NCBI GenBank assembly: GCA_964432475.1
Contig: CAYSNN010000003.1
Location: 7,297-39,936 of the forward strand
From: an uncultured Gammaproteobacteria bacterium
GTDB lineage: Bacteria; Patescibacteriota; Microgenomatia; Daviesbacterales; UBA10151
Reading direction: 5' to 3'
DNA: 32,640 nt
Shown: positions 17,723 to 26,512 of the stretch, one piece after another
Numbering within the stretch: the first letter of the stretch is position 1
Layout: the number at the start of each line of letters is the position of its first letter
Made by a program: the position numbers and the translations under genes
The notes under the pieces: model-generated
The model's input: only the letters and a program-made list of their open reading frames with translations
What the model was told of the DNA's origin: nothing
Databases searched by the model: none

Positions 17723-18489
17723 ATCAGAAAATATCGGTAGTGCTTGCTGTCTTTAACGAGGAAAAAAATCTTAAACAGTGTCTTGACTCTGTTTCCGATT
17801 TTGCATGGGAAATTGTAGTAGTGGACGGAGGGTCAACAGATAGAACATTGGAGATAGCAAAGCAGTTTAGATCAAAAATAATCAAAACAAGTAACCCACA
17901 GGTTTTTCATATTAACAAAAACAAAGCCATAGATGCCGCATCCGGTGATTGGGTATTACAACTAGATGCGGATGAGACTGTAACGAAGGAATTGGCAGAA
18001 GAAATAAAAGAAGTGACAGTCAGAGACTCTGAAGCTAACGGATATTGGATTCCCAGAAAAAACCTCTTTCTGGGAAAGTTTTTGACAAAAGGCGGCCAGT
18101 ATCCGGATTACACGCTCAGGCTCTATAGAAAAGGCAAAGGCAGGCTGCCTGCCAAAGACGTTCATGAGCAGGCAATTGTGGAGGGTAAGACAGATTATCT
18201 AAAAAACGATTTATTGCATCTTAAGGATAAAAGCTTCTCTATATATTTAGAGCGTTTTAACCGTTATACGGATTTACTTGTAACTCAGATGGATCAAAGC
18301 GGTATTAAAGTGAATATTTTTTCATTTATAAGTTTTATTTTATGTAAACCGTTTCTCTGGTTTATAAGGTCATACTTTAGACATAGAGGGTATGTTGATG
18401 GTTTTCCGGGATTTGTCTTTGCGCTGTTTTCGTCTCTAAGATTTCCTGTAGCTTATTTAAAATATTGGCATACGGAGAAAGGAATGTAA
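17719..18489 (+). CDS. GT2 glycosyltransferase, KdtX/WaaE-like subfamily (paralog 3 of 3)
   Basis: ATGA overlap with the upstream gene. Motifs are ISVVLAVFNEEKNL, VVDGGSTDRTLEIAKQF, LQLDADET, YLERFNRYTDLLV and C-terminal hydrophobic helices. Confidence 0.8.
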   Translation: MNQKISVVLAVFNEEKNLKQCLDSVSDFAWEIVVVDGGSTDRTLEIAKQFRSKIIKTSNPQVFHINKNKAIDAASGDWVLQLDADETVTKELAEEIKEVTVRDSEANGYWIPRKNLFLGKFLTKGGQYPDYTLRLYRKGKGRLPAKDVHEQAIVEGKTDYLKNDLLHLKDKSFSIYLERFNRYTDLLVTQMDQSGIKVNIFSFISFILCKPFLWFIRSYFRHRGYVDGFPGFVFALFSSLRFPVAYLKYWHTEKGM

Positions 18490-18493
18490 GAAG

Positions 18494-19564
18494 ATGAAAA
18501 TCGGACTAAATGTTTATCCTTTAAAATCTGCACATAGAGATAGAGGAATTGGTTACTATACGAAAAATTTATTGGGGTATTTATCTCAGGATAAATCTGT
18601 TGAGGTTGTCGAATTTACTGATATCTCTAAGTTAGAAGAAGTAGATCTTGTTCATTATCCATGGTTTGATCTTTTTGCCCCGACCCTTCCATTGAGAAAA
18701 AAATATCCCACTGTAGTGACGATACATGATGTTATGCCGCTTATTTTTGCTGATCATTATCCTGTTGGTATAAAAGGTAAAATTAATTTTTTTCGTCAAA
18801 AATTGTCTTTAAAAAATTGTAAGCATATAATTACCGATTCTGAAGTTTCGAAAAAAGATATCTACAAATACTTAAATGTTAATTTAAAAGAAATTTCATC
18901 GGTATACCTTGCCGGAAATAAGAGTTTTAAACCCCTAAGCGATACGAAGCTTCTTTATTTAAAAAGAAAGTACAATTTACCAAACAGTTTTTTATTATAT
19001 GTAGGGGATGCGAATTGGAATAAAAATCTCCCCTTCTTAATTGAAGGCTTTAGTCAAATAGTAAAAAAGGCAAAGTTTGAAGAGGTGAAACTTGTTTTAG
19101 TAGGTGGGGTATTTTTAAAAAATGTGGATAATATTGACCATCCTGAATTAGAGAGTTTGAAGCAAGTTAATAAATTGATTCACAAGCTAAATTTGGAAAA
19201 TAAGATTATTAAAGTAGGTAATATAGATCGAGATGATTTAGTAGGATTCTATAATTTAGCATCAATTTATATACAACCCTCTCTTTATGAAGGATTTGGA
19301 TTACCAATTCTTGAAGCGATGGCTTGTGGTACTCCCGTGGTTTGTTCGAACAAGGGGAGTCTGCCTGAAGTAGGAGGAGATGCGGCTCTATACTTTGATC
19401 CTACAAACCTATATCAATTTACTGCGATCATTTCAGATCTTTTACAGGATGGGTCTTTATTGAATAAGCTATCAGCATTAGGAATTAGAAGAACTGAGGA
19501 GTTTACCTGGGAAAAGGTTGTCGAGAAAACTAAACAGGTCTATAACCAGGCAATTAATATATGA
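18494..19564 (+). CDS. GT4 (Glycos_transf_1) glycosyltransferase
   Basis: The EX7E region is YEGFGLPILEAMACGTPVVCSNKGSLPEVGGDAALYFDP. The layout is a typical two-Rossmann GT-B. GGAGAAAGGAA lies upstream of the ATG. Confidence 0.8.
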   Translation: MKIGLNVYPLKSAHRDRGIGYYTKNLLGYLSQDKSVEVVEFTDISKLEEVDLVHYPWFDLFAPTLPLRKKYPTVVTIHDVMPLIFADHYPVGIKGKINFFRQKLSLKNCKHIITDSEVSKKDIYKYLNVNLKEISSVYLAGNKSFKPLSDTKLLYLKRKYNLPNSFLLYVGDANWNKNLPFLIEGFSQIVKKAKFEEVKLVLVGGVFLKNVDNIDHPELESLKQVNKLIHKLNLENKIIKVGNIDRDDLVGFYNLASIYIQPSLYEGFGLPILEAMACGTPVVCSNKGSLPEVGGDAALYFDPTNLYQFTAIISDLLQDGSLLNKLSALGIRRTEEFTWEKVVEKTKQVYNQAINI

Positions 19565-20724
19565 ACAAAAGAATATATATTAGAAACGATATAGCAAAAA
19601 TATTTTCCTTTTTTATTGTATGGAGAATTATTCTTATTATGGTTTTGTTTGCAGCGATAAATTTAATACCCTTAAGACAAACGGATAAGTTCTTAGGAGG
19701 AGGATACTTAAGTTATAATATTGCTCCGGAAGTTTTTTCCTGGGCTAATTTCGACGGTGAGCACTACTTATCGATTTCTATATTTGGGTATAAAGGTTTA
19801 GAGCAAGCTTTTTTTCCATTGTTTCCGGCACTTATTTCCTTTTTTGCAAAGCCTTTCTCTCAAGACCTCTCTTCTTCGCTTTTAAGCTCTACAATTGTTG
19901 GGATTTTAATCTCTAATATTTCTTTAGTACTGGCTCTTATCTTTCTTTTTGAGCTAATTTTGTTAGATTTTCCGAGGAAAATAGCATTGATGACAGTAAT
20001 TATACTTTTGCTTTTTCCAACCTCATTTTTTTTCGGGGCAGTTTACAATGAATCGTTGTTTTTACTCCTATCGGTTTTATCGTTTTACTTTGCAAGGAAA
20101 AACAGATGGTTTTTAAGTTCTGTTTTTGGGTGCCTCTCCTCTGTAACGAGGGTTTTTGGTATTTTACTTTTCCCCGCGCTGATAATTGAGGCTTATTACC
20201 AGAAGGTAGGGTTTTCTAAGGTTTTTTGGCTAATATTAATCCCGCTTGGATTAGGTGTATATATGACCTATCTTTACTTAACTGTTGGCGATCCAATCGC
20301 TTTTTACAGTAATCAAAGATTGGTGGGAGAACAACACCAACCGGGACTGACACTATTACCACAAGTATATTTCAGATACATCAAAATGATCTTTACGATT
20401 GATAGACTGAATCCTATTTATCAGACAATATGGCTGGAGTTTGTTACCGGGGTGATCTTTCTTGTTTTACCAATCTACGGATACTTTAAAAAGATAAGAT
20501 TATCCTACTTATTTTTTGCTTTTGCCGGATTTATGCTTCCTACTATTCAAGGAAGCTTTTCATCAACACCCCGTTATGTAATAATTTTATTTCCTTCATT
20601 TTTGGCAGCAGCTTTATGGGTTAATAATTTACCAAAAGTTTTTAAGTTGATTCTATTTCTCCTTTTCTTAGTTATACTTACTGTAGAGACGGCACTTTTT
20701 GTAAGGGGGTATTGGGTGGCATGA
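19561..20724 (+). CDS. PIG-V-like (Mannosyl_trans2 / GT76-like) GT-C membrane mannosyltransferase-family protein
   Basis: ATGA overlap with the upstream gene. WANFDGEHYLSISIFGYKGLEQAFFPLFPALI matches the W.DG..Y..IA..GY...AFFPLYP signature I associate with bacterial PIG-V-family proteins. It has about 9-10 TM helices. Confidence 0.6.
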   Translation: MNKRIYIRNDIAKIFSFFIVWRIILIMVLFAAINLIPLRQTDKFLGGGYLSYNIAPEVFSWANFDGEHYLSISIFGYKGLEQAFFPLFPALISFFAKPFSQDLSSSLLSSTIVGILISNISLVLALIFLFELILLDFPRKIALMTVIILLLFPTSFFFGAVYNESLFLLLSVLSFYFARKNRWFLSSVFGCLSSVTRVFGILLFPALIIEAYYQKVGFSKVFWLILIPLGLGVYMTYLYLTVGDPIAFYSNQRLVGEQHQPGLTLLPQVYFRYIKMIFTIDRLNPIYQTIWLEFVTGVIFLVLPIYGYFKKIRLSYLFFAFAGFMLPTIQGSFSSTPRYVIILFPSFLAAALWVNNLPKVFKLILFLLFLVILTVETALFVRGYWVA

Positions 20725-21983
20725 AAAAGAGAATCTATGGAATTGTTACAAATCCTTTATTTTCAGGTAGTGCAATAATGGTTATCGGGTCAAATGGTGT
20801 AAGTTTTCTAAATTATTTATATCATTTGGTAATGGGGAGAATGCTTGGGCCGACTGGTTACGGCGAGCTGGCAGTGATTATTTCTTTAATTGGACTTTTA
20901 GGAATTATTCCGGGAGTTTTGAATTTAGTGGTAATTAAGCATATTTCGGCTGCTAAGAACGAGGAAGAAATTACAGAATTAATAAGTTGGCTGAAAAAGA
21001 AAATTTTCCTGGCTGCTTTAGTATTTTCATTCCTAGTTTTAGTAATTTCTCCTGTTATTTCTTCTTTTCTACATATCAACGGAATAACCTATTTGATATT
21101 GGTATCAATTTCTTTTCTGTTCGGAACTTTATCGTTACTTAATAGATCAATATTACAGGGTTTATTAAAATTTAAACAAATGGTTACAAGCTTATTGATT
21201 GAAAACGTTATAAAGCTGGGAGTTAGTATATTGTTGGTGTATCTTGGTTTTCAGATCGGAGGCGCTATAGCAGGTTTTGTTATAGCTGTAATATTGGGTT
21301 GGTATATCACAAATAGATATCTTCGTTATCATAGCAAACGAGAAAACATAAAAATTGATTTTAAGCAAATATTTTCATTCACCATTCCTGTTTTAGTGCA
21401 AGCCATTGCTTTAACCTCTCTTTATTCATCTGACCTGATTTTGGTGAAGCATTTTTTTTCCTCACATGATGCCGGAATTTACGCCTCTTTGTCTACCTTG
21501 GGTAAGATAATTTTCTTTGGCTCCGGACCGATAACTGCAGTTATGTTTCCATTAGTTGCTCAAAAATCTACTAGAGGAGAAAACTATACAAAGATCTTTC
21601 TTTACAGTCTTCTTGCAACAATTCTATTGTCTGTAAGTGTTTTATTGGTATATTGGTTGTATCCGTCTCTGGCTATTAAGCTGTTATTTGGATCAAAATA
21701 TCTTGAAGCACAAAATCTTTTAGTTTGGTTTGGTATATTTATTAGTTTATTTACGCTATCTTCTTTACTTGTAAACTATGGTTTATCATTGGGTAGAACC
21801 TCCATTGTAATTCTGCCATTTATTGCAGCTATGTTACAGATTATTCTGATTATTATTTTTCATCAGAGTCTATATGTGGTCGTTTTTGCCTCGATAGTTT
21901 CAACCGCTTTACTACTGATAAGTCTCCTTATATACTCTACCTATGGAGATAAAATTGCTTTCCGTAATAGTTCCGGCGTATAA
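20721..21983 (+). CDS. Wzx/RfbX-type oligosaccharide flippase (MOP superfamily, Polysacc_synt-like)
   Basis: ATG at 20721 forms an ATGA overlap with the upstream stop, and AGGGGG lies upstream. About 420 aa with 12 or more hydrophobic helices. The N-terminus SAIMVIGSNGVSFLNYLYHLVMGRMLGPTGYGELAVIISL is typical of polysaccharide flippases. Confidence 0.7.
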   Translation: MKKRIYGIVTNPLFSGSAIMVIGSNGVSFLNYLYHLVMGRMLGPTGYGELAVIISLIGLLGIIPGVLNLVVIKHISAAKNEEEITELISWLKKKIFLAALVFSFLVLVISPVISSFLHINGITYLILVSISFLFGTLSLLNRSILQGLLKFKQMVTSLLIENVIKLGVSILLVYLGFQIGGAIAGFVIAVILGWYITNRYLRYHSKRENIKIDFKQIFSFTIPVLVQAIALTSLYSSDLILVKHFFSSHDAGIYASLSTLGKIIFFGSGPITAVMFPLVAQKSTRGENYTKIFLYSLLATILLSVSVLLVYWLYPSLAIKLLFGSKYLEAQNLLVWFGIFISLFTLSSLLVNYGLSLGRTSIVILPFIAAMLQIILIIIFHQSLYVVVFASIVSTALLLISLLIYSTYGDKIAFRNSSGV

Positions 21984-22749
21984 ACAAGAAAATACTATAG
22001 CAAGAGACTTGAAGAGGATTAAGCAGGTCTTGGATCAACTCCGTTACCCTACAGAGCTTATTTGTGTAGTGGACGGTAAAATAGATGCTACTTTTGAAAA
22101 AGCTTTAAAACTTGCTAAAAACTACTCCAACATTAAAGTTATTGGGTATGATACTAACAAAGGGAAAGGTTATGCAATACGTTTTGGGATGGCGGAAAGC
22201 CGAGGAGATGTAGTTTCTTTTATAGATGCCGGTATGGATTTAAATCCAAACGGCCTATCAATGTTACTTGAGCATTTTGAGTGGTATGACGCTGATATTA
22301 TAGTTGGGTCTAAGAGGCACCCGGTTTCTAAAGTAGATTATCCTTGGCAACGAAGAATTCTATCAGTTGGTTACCAGATATTAGTTTGGTTGATGTTCGG
22401 ACTAAAAATTAGAGATACACAGGTAGGGATGAAATTTTTTAAAAGAGAAGTGTTAGAAGGAGTGTTGCCTCGTTTGTTGGTAAAGCGGTATGCCTTTGAT
22501 ATCGAAATACTTGCTGTTGCCAATTATTTAGGCTTCACAAGAATCTTTGAAGCTCCGATAGAAATTAAATTATATTTTGGAGGAACGTCTATCATAACAA
22601 GCCAAAAGTTTTTAAGGACTGTCTCGGCTATGCTTTTAGATACCTTGGCAGTATTTTATAGGTTAAGAATATTAAATTACTATTCAGATGCAAATAAAAG
22701 AAAATGGCGATTCGATCCGGAATTAAATTTCCGTGTTAATGTTGGATAG
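21943..22749 (+). CDS. GT2 glycosyltransferase, ALG5/DPM1-like (putative polyprenyl-phosphate glucosyl/hexosyl transferase)
   Basis: LSVIVPAYKQENTI, VVDGKIDAT, GKGYAIRFG, SFIDAGMD, RDTQVGMKFFKREVLE and YAFDIEILAVANYLGF. The start lies 41 nt inside the flippase gene. Confidence 0.7.
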   Translation: MEIKLLSVIVPAYKQENTIARDLKRIKQVLDQLRYPTELICVVDGKIDATFEKALKLAKNYSNIKVIGYDTNKGKGYAIRFGMAESRGDVVSFIDAGMDLNPNGLSMLLEHFEWYDADIIVGSKRHPVSKVDYPWQRRILSVGYQILVWLMFGLKIRDTQVGMKFFKREVLEGVLPRLLVKRYAFDIEILAVANYLGFTRIFEAPIEIKLYFGGTSIITSQKFLRTVSAMLLDTLAVFYRLRILNYYSDANKRKWRFDPELNFRVNVG

Positions 22750-22769
22750 TTAATTTTACTACTCTAACG

Positions 22770-22778
22770 TGGGATAAT
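22770..22778 (+). promoter_or_regulatory. Extended -10 promoter candidate: TGgGATAAT
   Basis: TG at 22770-22771 and GATAAT at 22773-22778, in the 35-nt gap before the ATG at 22785. There are 6 nt between the -10 and the start, and no SD. Confidence 0.25.
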
Positions 22779-22784
22779 GGTTCA

Positions 22785-24311
22785 ATGTGGTTTTTGAAGA
22801 AAAAAATTTTAATCGCTTTTGCCTTCCTCTTTTTACTCACGTCCGGTTATTTCTACAATAATAAAGCATTAGATTTTAGATTTGTTGATGAGGAAGACAA
22901 TTTTGCTATAGGTAAATACCTTGCAAAAGGAGAGATGCTTTATGATGATATACTCACAAACCACCAACCGTTGACTTATATTTTTAGCGCATTTATACAT
23001 AAATTTACCAATCCTAATAGTGTTTATGTTTTAATAACAAGACATAGGCAATTTGAGATAATCTGGTCAACCGCTTGGTCGCTCCTTCTGATATTTTATT
23101 TCGGGTTGGGTGCATTTATAGCTGTTTTTATTTTTGAGCTTACAAAAATTTATCTACTAGGCAATTTATTTTTGTCTGAAGCCCAAACCATATATCCGCT
23201 ACTTATTATTACCGGGTTAGCAGTCTTCTCCTATAAAAGAAGATTAAAAAGCCTGGAGTTGATTCTTCTAGGTATATGTTTTGGGATCGTATTACTTATG
23301 CTAAGTCCGCTTTGGCCTGCGTTAACCCTTTTATTAATTTTTCTACTTTTAAAACAACGGGAAAACTTACTACACACAATGGGCTATATCTTGGTGGGTT
23401 TGTTATTACCAGTATCAATTTTATTCAAATTTACCTCTTTTCCCGGGTATTTAAATTATATATTTTCTATTAATTTAACCTATACTATCCCAAGTTACCA
23501 TAATGAGTCCTGGATTATATCAATTTCCAAAGCCTTACTTACTCCAGTTCTAGCACTTTTTTCACAAGATATCGGTCCAATGGCAATAATAATTAAGCTG
23601 CTCGGAGTCTTGTTAATAGTAAACATTGTGTTTCTGGTATTTAAAAAGCAATTGCTTTTAGCAATCAGCATTTTAATCCTGCTGGGTCTTTGTAATATCC
23701 GATTTATCTTTCCCGGCACCCAAGGATATGAAGGGTTTCATTTATTACCATGGTACGCAATGCTTGTTTTTATAGTTTCTATTTTATCAGTTGAGCTTTT
23801 TTGGAAAAGCAATATAATATTGAAGGTACTTAATCCCTTAGTAATTATTTTACTGGTTGGGTTAAGTATTAATTTTTTACAAGCAGATTTATTTCAGAAA
23901 AAAAATATGACAGATAGTTACAACATTAATTATTCAACAGTTATTAATAGAGGTGATGCGGTGAAAGTCATGAAAGAGGCAGGAGATACATTATTTGTTT
24001 CTCCTAATGCATGGATGATTTATTGGCAGGGGGATATTGACCACTTACCAAAATTGTACGGTTATTACACTTGGATGTCAGGTGTTCCGGAAATACATTC
24101 AGCTGTTTTGGATGCATTTTCTAAAAATCCACCAACTTTTTTTTACTGCGAAAACTGTAAGGGCTTAGATTTAGAAAAATTTCTAAGTGGATATATAGAA
24201 ATTAAAAATAATGGAAATTTGAGTATGTTATATGTTTTAAAGAGTAAGATTCCAAGATTGACTAAAGAACAGTTGGCTCAATTAAGTTTTTACGGTTTCA
24301 GCATAAATTAA
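22785..24311 (+). CDS. Orphan polytopic membrane protein, probable GT-C fold (PMT_2-like first loop)
   Basis: 508 aa. TM1 is followed by the acidic loop FRFVDEEDNFAIGKYLAKGEMLYDDILTNHQPLTYIF (DE-type motif plus a (K/H)xPL motif). It has about 11 helices and a C-terminal soluble region of about 130 aa. Confidence 0.5.
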   Translation: MWFLKKKILIAFAFLFLLTSGYFYNNKALDFRFVDEEDNFAIGKYLAKGEMLYDDILTNHQPLTYIFSAFIHKFTNPNSVYVLITRHRQFEIIWSTAWSLLLIFYFGLGAFIAVFIFELTKIYLLGNLFLSEAQTIYPLLIITGLAVFSYKRRLKSLELILLGICFGIVLLMLSPLWPALTLLLIFLLLKQRENLLHTMGYILVGLLLPVSILFKFTSFPGYLNYIFSINLTYTIPSYHNESWIISISKALLTPVLALFSQDIGPMAIIIKLLGVLLIVNIVFLVFKKQLLLAISILILLGLCNIRFIFPGTQGYEGFHLLPWYAMLVFIVSILSVELFWKSNIILKVLNPLVIILLVGLSINFLQADLFQKKNMTDSYNINYSTVINRGDAVKVMKEAGDTLFVSPNAWMIYWQGDIDHLPKLYGYYTWMSGVPEIHSAVLDAFSKNPPTFFYCENCKGLDLEKFLSGYIEIKNNGNLSMLYVLKSKIPRLTKEQLAQLSFYGFSIN

Positions 24312-24315
24312 GTTT

Positions 24316-25440
24316 ATGAAAATCCTTATTTTTTCTTGGAGAGGGCCAGGCCATCCTCATGCAGGAGGAGCAGAACATTCTACTTCAAAGCACGCAAAAG
24401 GGTGGATTAAAGCAGGGAATCAGGTAACATTATTTACCTCCTCTTTTCAGGGAGCAAAGTCTGAAGAGGTGATAGATGGGATGAGAATTGTCAGGAGAGG
24501 ACAACAAGTTTTTAGTGTACATCTAAGAGCGCTTGTTTGGTACTTATTTGGAAGCCATGATATTTTTGACATAGTTATTGATGAAGTTCATGGACTTCCT
24601 TTTTTCGCCCCGATTTTTGTAAGAGTGCCTAAATTGGTTTTTATCCATGAAGTTGCAAAGGAGGTTTGGAAACTGAATCCTTGGTCATTTCCATTTAATT
24701 TATTACCTGCAGTAATAGGGCCTCTACTGGAGCCGCTAATATTTAAATTTTTTTATCAAGAGATGATTTTTATGACTGTGTCCCAATCTACAAAGAATGA
24801 TTTGATAGCTTGGGGTATTCATAAAGAAAATATTACAATAGTACATAATGGTTTTGAAAATCCAAATTACAAGATAGATAAGAAAGAAACTAAAAAGACA
24901 ATTATCTATTTGGGCGCTCTTAGCAAAGATAAAGGGATTGAAGATGCCCTGGTTGCGTTTCAAAACCTAGCTGAAAGCCATAAAGATAGCCAGTTTTGGA
25001 TAGTCGGTAAAGGAGAAGGTCGCTACCTTGAATTTTTAAAGGAGAGAGTAAAATCTTTGGGAATAGAGGGGACCACAAAGTTTTTCGGATTTGTTACCGA
25101 TCGCGAAAAATATAAACTGTTATCTAAAGCCCATATTTTAATTAATCCCTCTATCAGGGAGGGTTGGGGATTTGTCGTTATCGAAGCTGCATCAGTCGGC
25201 ACACCGACTGTCGGATATAATGTGGCCGGATTAAAAGATTCCATTATAGACGGGAAAACGGGTTTGCTGTCGGAACCAAATGCGGAAAGTCTGACAGAAA
25301 AAATTAGCTACTTACTTAGCAATGAAGCAGTCTACAGAAGCTTTTGCGAAAATGGTAAGCGCTGGAGCCGAAAGTTCTCCTGGTCTGAATCTGCAAATCA
25401 GAGTTTAAAACTGTTGGAAAAAGTGTCAAAAGATACCTAA
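24316..25440 (+). CDS. GT4 (Glycos_transf_1) glycosyltransferase
   Basis: The N-terminus is WRGPGHPHAGGAEHST. The EX7E region is REGWGFVVIEAASVGTPTVGYNVAGLKDSIIDGKTGLL. Confidence 0.8.
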   Translation: MKILIFSWRGPGHPHAGGAEHSTSKHAKGWIKAGNQVTLFTSSFQGAKSEEVIDGMRIVRRGQQVFSVHLRALVWYLFGSHDIFDIVIDEVHGLPFFAPIFVRVPKLVFIHEVAKEVWKLNPWSFPFNLLPAVIGPLLEPLIFKFFYQEMIFMTVSQSTKNDLIAWGIHKENITIVHNGFENPNYKIDKKETKKTIIYLGALSKDKGIEDALVAFQNLAESHKDSQFWIVGKGEGRYLEFLKERVKSLGIEGTTKFFGFVTDREKYKLLSKAHILINPSIREGWGFVVIEAASVGTPTVGYNVAGLKDSIIDGKTGLLSEPNAESLTEKISYLLSNEAVYRSFCENGKRWSRKFSWSESANQSLKLLEKVSKDT

Positions 25441-26439
25441 CTAGCTGCGCCAATTTTTTGGAAGCATTGGGCTATCCAGTTCTACCCTATCATAAATATA
25501 TTCCTGCGGACCGAGTTGTTTTGCATATTCCCAGGTTGCTTTTATACCCTTATGTAAAGAGGTTTTGTCTTTATATCCCAAATATTTTTTTGCCTGGGTA
25601 TGATCCGCTACTGCTTCTTTTACTTCCTGCGGTCTTTCATCCAAATAGATCGGAGGAATGTTAATATCAGTGACTTGTTGAATAGTGTCGGATAGTTCAT
25701 TAACTGAATAATCCTTATCTGCACCAATATTAAAAGTCATAGTATTAAAGTTTCCGAAGCCGCATTTAAAAATTGCATCAACTACATCGTCGATAAAAGA
25801 AAAACATCTTCTTTGGTTACCATCCCCATAAATGTAATAAGGTTGTTTTTTTAGTAATGCATTCATGAAGATTGTCACTACATTTCTGTATGGATCATTC
25901 ATATTTTGTCTTGGTCCATAGCAATTATGCGGACGGGTAATAACATATTCAAATTTATGAACTTTACTTAAAATTTTTAAAGCTTCCTCCATAGCCAGTT
26001 TACTTACACCATATAAGTCTTCCGGTTCGGGTTTATCAGTTTCTTTAAATGGAGTTTGTAATGATCCATAGACTGCGATACTTGAAGTAACAATAATTCG
26101 TTTCATACCGCTATTTAGAGATGAAACTAAAGTGTTAATAAAAGTATTCCAGTTTCTTGAAGTGATATCTATCGGAGAAAACTGTGCTTTATTTTCAGCG
26201 GCATTAGCAGCTAAATGAAATACTATCCCAGGTTGTATTTTCTTTATGATTTTGTCAGTCTTTGTTACCTCTCTTAGATCGCAGAGATAAAACTTGGCTT
26301 TAGGATTAATATTAGCTTTCTTACCTCCGGAAAGATCATCAATAATACTAACTTTATGACCATTTATTATTAATCTATCTACTAGATGAGACCCTATAAA
26401 TCCGCCGCCACCGGTAACCAGTATATTTTTAGACTTCAT
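25441..26439 (-). CDS. NAD-dependent nucleotide-sugar epimerase/dehydratase (extended SDR)
   Basis: ILVTGGGGFIGSHLV (Rossmann GxxGxxG), TSSIAVYG and YGVSKLAMEE (S...YxxxK catalytic set). Its stop codon abuts the stop of the convergent GT4 gene with zero intergenic nt. Confidence 0.85.
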   Translation of the reverse strand: MKSKNILVTGGGGFIGSHLVDRLIINGHKVSIIDDLSGGKKANINPKAKFYLCDLREVTKTDKIIKKIQPGIVFHLAANAAENKAQFSPIDITSRNWNTFINTLVSSLNSGMKRIIVTSSIAVYGSLQTPFKETDKPEPEDLYGVSKLAMEEALKILSKVHKFEYVITRPHNCYGPRQNMNDPYRNVVTIFMNALLKKQPYYIYGDGNQRRCFSFIDDVVDAIFKCGFGNFNTMTFNIGADKDYSVNELSDTIQQVTDINIPPIYLDERPQEVKEAVADHTQAKKYLGYKDKTSLHKGIKATWEYAKQLGPQEYIYDRVELDSPMLPKNWRS

Positions 26440-26446
26440 GTTTTAC

Positions 26447-26455
26447 ATATTAACA
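26447..26455 (-). promoter_or_regulatory. Extended -10 promoter candidate for the epimerase gene: TGtTAATAT on the minus strand
   Basis: The reverse complement of 26447-26455 reads TGTTAATAT. It ends 7 nt upstream of the minus-strand ATG (26439-26437). There is no good -35. Confidence 0.3.
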
Positions 26456-26474
26456 TAACTCGTTATGGCGCGTA

Positions 26475-26503
26475 TTGCTTAACAGAATTTTAGCTAATAT
26501 AAT
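26475..26503 (+). promoter_or_regulatory. Near-consensus sigma70-like promoter: TTGCTT-17 nt-TATAAT
   Basis: TTGCTT is at 26475-26480 and a perfect TATAAT at 26498-26503, with an exactly 17-nt spacer. The ATG at 26513 lies 9 nt after the -10, and there is no SD. Confidence 0.45.
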
Positions 26504-26512
26504 GATATTTAA

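Noticed and set aside
25450-25461. Small palindromes at convergent junctions as intrinsic terminators: ccaattttttgg at 25450-25461, and gcgt...acgc at about 12090-12108
   Set aside because: The stems are only 4 bp, sit inside coding sequence, and lack a proper GC-rich stem followed by a U-tract. They are not credible Rho-independent terminators.
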